Assembly (NCBI GenBank): GCA_965202585.1
Contig: OZ241832.1
Location: forward strand, 33,170,001 to 33,234,000
Source: Thalia democratica
Lineage: Eukaryota
DNA length: 64,000 nt
Direction of reading: 5' to 3'
In this document: positions 61,201-64,000 of the stretch, one piece after another
Layout: every line of letters begins with the position of its first letter
Numbering within the stretch: position 1 is the stretch's first letter
Translations under genes and position numbers: made by a program
Notes under the pieces: generated by a model
What the model was told of the DNA's origin: nothing
The model's database searches: none
What the model saw: only the letters and a program-made list of their open reading frames with translations

Positions 61201-63176
61201 TAAATTGTTCTTTTTATTTCGTTTGAACGTGTTTTTCTAAGTTATTCTTTAGATTAAGATCTTACGCTAAAACTTTTCGACTTAAGCTTTTCGTCGGCAT
61301 ACATCCATACAAATCACACTACCTTAGAAAAAAAAAGGAGACAACTGCGTGTTTTAAATATGCGAAAAAATCTTAAACCTTGAAAAATAGTGATGTACCG
61401 GACCCGGATCCGTACTTTTTTTTCAAATTAGAATCCGGCCGGATCCGGATATCAGACAAAAATGGCAATACCTGGCCGGACCCGGATAGTGAGTCCGGTA
61501 CATCACTAGTATAAACTAGCCTGTGTCAGAATGAGGTTTTTAAAAACTGAAAAAAAAAGAACTTTAATCTAATAATAAGTAGAATAGGTAGCCACAAGGT
61601 TTACAAATTTAGGTGTTATTTACAATTAAAAATCTGAAATCAAGTTCTTGAACAAAATACACTAGAAAATTACAAAATATTGAAAACTGGATCAGCTCAA
61701 ACTCATTCAAAATCTAAAAAAAAACTAGCCTGAGGCAGTCCAAGATTTTCTAAAATTCCCAAAAATTTTCAAACTGGCAGGGTTGCCACTGTTTAAGTCA
61801 ATAAAACTAGCTAGAGTGAGTATAGACAAGCCTGAGTCAGAACGAGGTTTTTAAAAACTGAAAAAATTACTTTAATCTAAAAATCAGTAGAACAGCTAGC
61901 AAAGGTTGACAATTTGGTAGTAAAGTTGTGGACTGATTGTGGTACACTTAACTTATTAGTACTACCCATCATAATTAAATCCTACCTTATCTAATTAATA
62001 TCTAACAAATACTCAATTCTAACTGAGACTACTTTCTATAATCAGACACGACAGTTTTGAGTGATGAACCTTTTATATAAAACACAACAAGAAATACTAG
62101 CATATACAAAATTATTAATTACTTTGGTAACACTTTAAAAACTGGAAGCTATTTAAATCTATATCAAAAAACTTAAAACAATAAACTAAAAATTAAATAA
62201 AACTTTTAGTAAACAAGAAACGGTAAAATTCTTAATAAACTATTAAACTATAAACCTGGCTTAAATATTTAAACAATTAAACACCAATTCAATTTTAAAA
62301 CAAAACACTACTTACAATAAGCATTCACAAAAAAGTTCAAGATATTTTGTTGCTTCAAGCTGCACACCAAACTAACTAACTGCTTACATATAAACTGCCT
62401 GTCATGTTCTGATGTTTTGTTGCATCAGTATTTAGTTTGAAACATTTCGTCATATGATTCTCATTGGCTCGTACATTCAACCGTATTAACTCTAAATATT
62501 CTCTGAGCTCAACTTAAAACAATAAATAATGCAAGTATTCATTCCAAAATTTTCAATTTTACAACATATGTAAAGAGTTGCATTTCATGAAATGTTTATT
62601 TCATAGTTTAAATGTAAACAAATGTAAATTAGTCACGTGTACAAAATGAGCCAATCACAGTAGGTGTTTAATTTTAACTGACGAAAAAGACTCTTATTAA
62701 ATTACACAGGGTTTGTTTTTGAAAAAATACTTTTCAGTATGCTCTTTTTTACTAACGGATCCGGACTTTTTTTTCAAATTAGAATCCGGCCAGATCCGGA
62801 TATCAGACAAAAATGGCAATATCCGGCCGGACCCGGATAGTGAGTCCGGTTGATCACTAGAAAAAACGCGGTTTAAGAACCAACCCACACAAAACCACTT
62901 TTCATTTCAGGCGACTCGTTGAGTTCCAACAGAGGAATGAAGTTCAGCACTTTGGAGCAGGACAACGACCTGAGAGACGTGAACTGCTCAGTGAAGTACG
63001 GAGGTTCCGGAGGCAACTGGTACAACGCGTGCACTTCGCAGACCATTACCGGTTTGTACAACCAGCAATATTACAACAGTAACAATCTTCAACAGATGAA
63101 ATGGTTCGCCTTTCGCCAGCACGATGCGATCAAAACGATGAAAATGATGTTTCGCCGTCAAAACAATCCCAATTAG
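55202..63176 (+). CDS. Secreted fibrinogen-related protein: signal peptide - Sushi/CCP - TSP1 - fibrinogen C-terminal domain, 354 aa
   Basis: Phase-compatible AG/GT exons: 55202-55265 (MWYIGLLILFFAAATIS), 55530-55721 (Sushi), 56930-57076 (WSEW..CSNTCG), 57167-57294 (KDC...SGVYTIYP...CDMETVGGGWT), 57907-58003 (RFDGSQDF..NWQEYENGFG....FWLG), 58632-58728, 60087-60160 (KYKL), 62911-63176 (GDSL...GMKFSTLEQDND...NC). Total 1065 bp, in frame to TAG. Confidence 0.92.
56594..56860 (+). mobile_element. hAT MITE (~267 bp), same family as 20861-21116
   Basis: Termini CCGGGGTCGGTAGAC / AGCTGCCGACCCCTG. Degenerate TSD AATTACAG vs AGTTAGAG (6/8). GCGGCCCGCG subterminal motif. Confidence 0.7.
60432..60624. 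mobile_element. Short MITE-like element with inverted repeats and an internal telomere-like motif
   Basis: GTTCAAAATCCACCC (60448-62) is the reverse complement of GGGTGGATTTTGAAC (60603-17). Partial duplicates of each end are present, with CCCTAACCCTTACCCT at ~60542. Confidence 0.55.
61388..62859 (-). mobile_element. Second composite TAGTGATG hAT MITE, inverted, in the last intron of the fibrinogen-related gene
   Basis: A complete short MITE at 61388-61508, a ~1.2-kb spacer, and an isolated end at ~62750-62859. Spacer sequence ~61630-61735 is homologous to the reverse complement of ~5070-5180. Flanks share only a 6-bp direct repeat, GAAAAA. Confidence 0.8.
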
Positions 63177-64000
63177 ATGCGATACTTTATGAGTGTATAC
63201 TGTTTATAAATGTAGTTGTAACAAATAGTTTTGAATAAAGTTTTGTTATTTTAGTTTTGCCTTTTATTTGTTATTTGTTAATCTCAAGAATGTAGATAAA
63301 ATTACGACTGACTTTGAAAAACTTGTAAAAAAACTATTTACAAACTTTAATTGATTTCAAAAACAGTTTAAATAAAATCAAAGAAAAATAGACAGTACTT
63401 TAAAAAAGAACATACAATTTATTGTATTCAACTTTTCGAGTTGAAAATCTTTTATTTTAAATAAGACGAGGTAAAGAAGTATGCTTTTGTGTTTTTTAAC
63501 ACTTTTGCTCGAAAACTTCAACGTTATAGTAATATTACAAGTAACTTCACTTGGTCATCAAGCTTAATCGATAGTTTTTTTTTGTATGTTTGTTGTAACA
63601 GATTGTTTTTTTTTTTTTTTTTGTGATCAACATGATACGTTTAACCGTGCATGTACTTTGAAGAAACATTTTTTAATTTAAGTTACAAGTAGAAAAGTCC
63701 AATTTTTTCGGTAGTTTATAATTACAAGAAGTTATGATTACTTACAATAAATACATAAAACATAAACAGTTGATTGGTTGCTTTTTATACTTCTAAACCG
63801 TTAGCAATACGTAATTGAAAAAGCTCAATATCAAAGTTTCGCAAAGGTATGGTTATAAAACAACTTAAATGCGAATACTAAAATTGTTTTTTATATCGAA
63901 ATGGTTTATATTATAGAGCTAATAGTTAGTAAACATTTTGATTTTGAATTAGATACATTATTGCTGTAATAACCGATTCTGAAAAATGTTTTAGCAAAGT

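Overview
AT-rich, intron-containing animal genomic DNA (invertebrate; tunicate-like by gene style, which is inference only). Five protein-coding genes can be spliced by hand: an SLC22 organic-cation-transporter gene (+, 11 exons seen, 5' exons not in the window), a rolling-stone-like membrane protein (-, 3 coding exons), intronless PIGB followed 421 bp later by an intronless C2orf69/UPF0565 homologue (+), and a secreted Sushi-TSP1-fibrinogen-domain protein (+, 8 exons). Bases 1-1656 are an inverted, frameshifted partial copy of the SLC22 gene. The window holds several hAT elements and MITEs, some with clear TIRs and TSDs. The two most unusual features are (i) a ~11-kb intergenic tandem array of ~1.65-kb units (28.5-39.6 kb), organised as a ~3.3-kb higher-order dimer, whose units keep three short conserved, foldable blocks in diverging AT-rich spacers, and (ii) a minimal type I hammerhead ribozyme (39662-39712) of the Penelope-like kind at the array's right edge. 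All alignments, folds and coordinates were done by eye; no searches were run.
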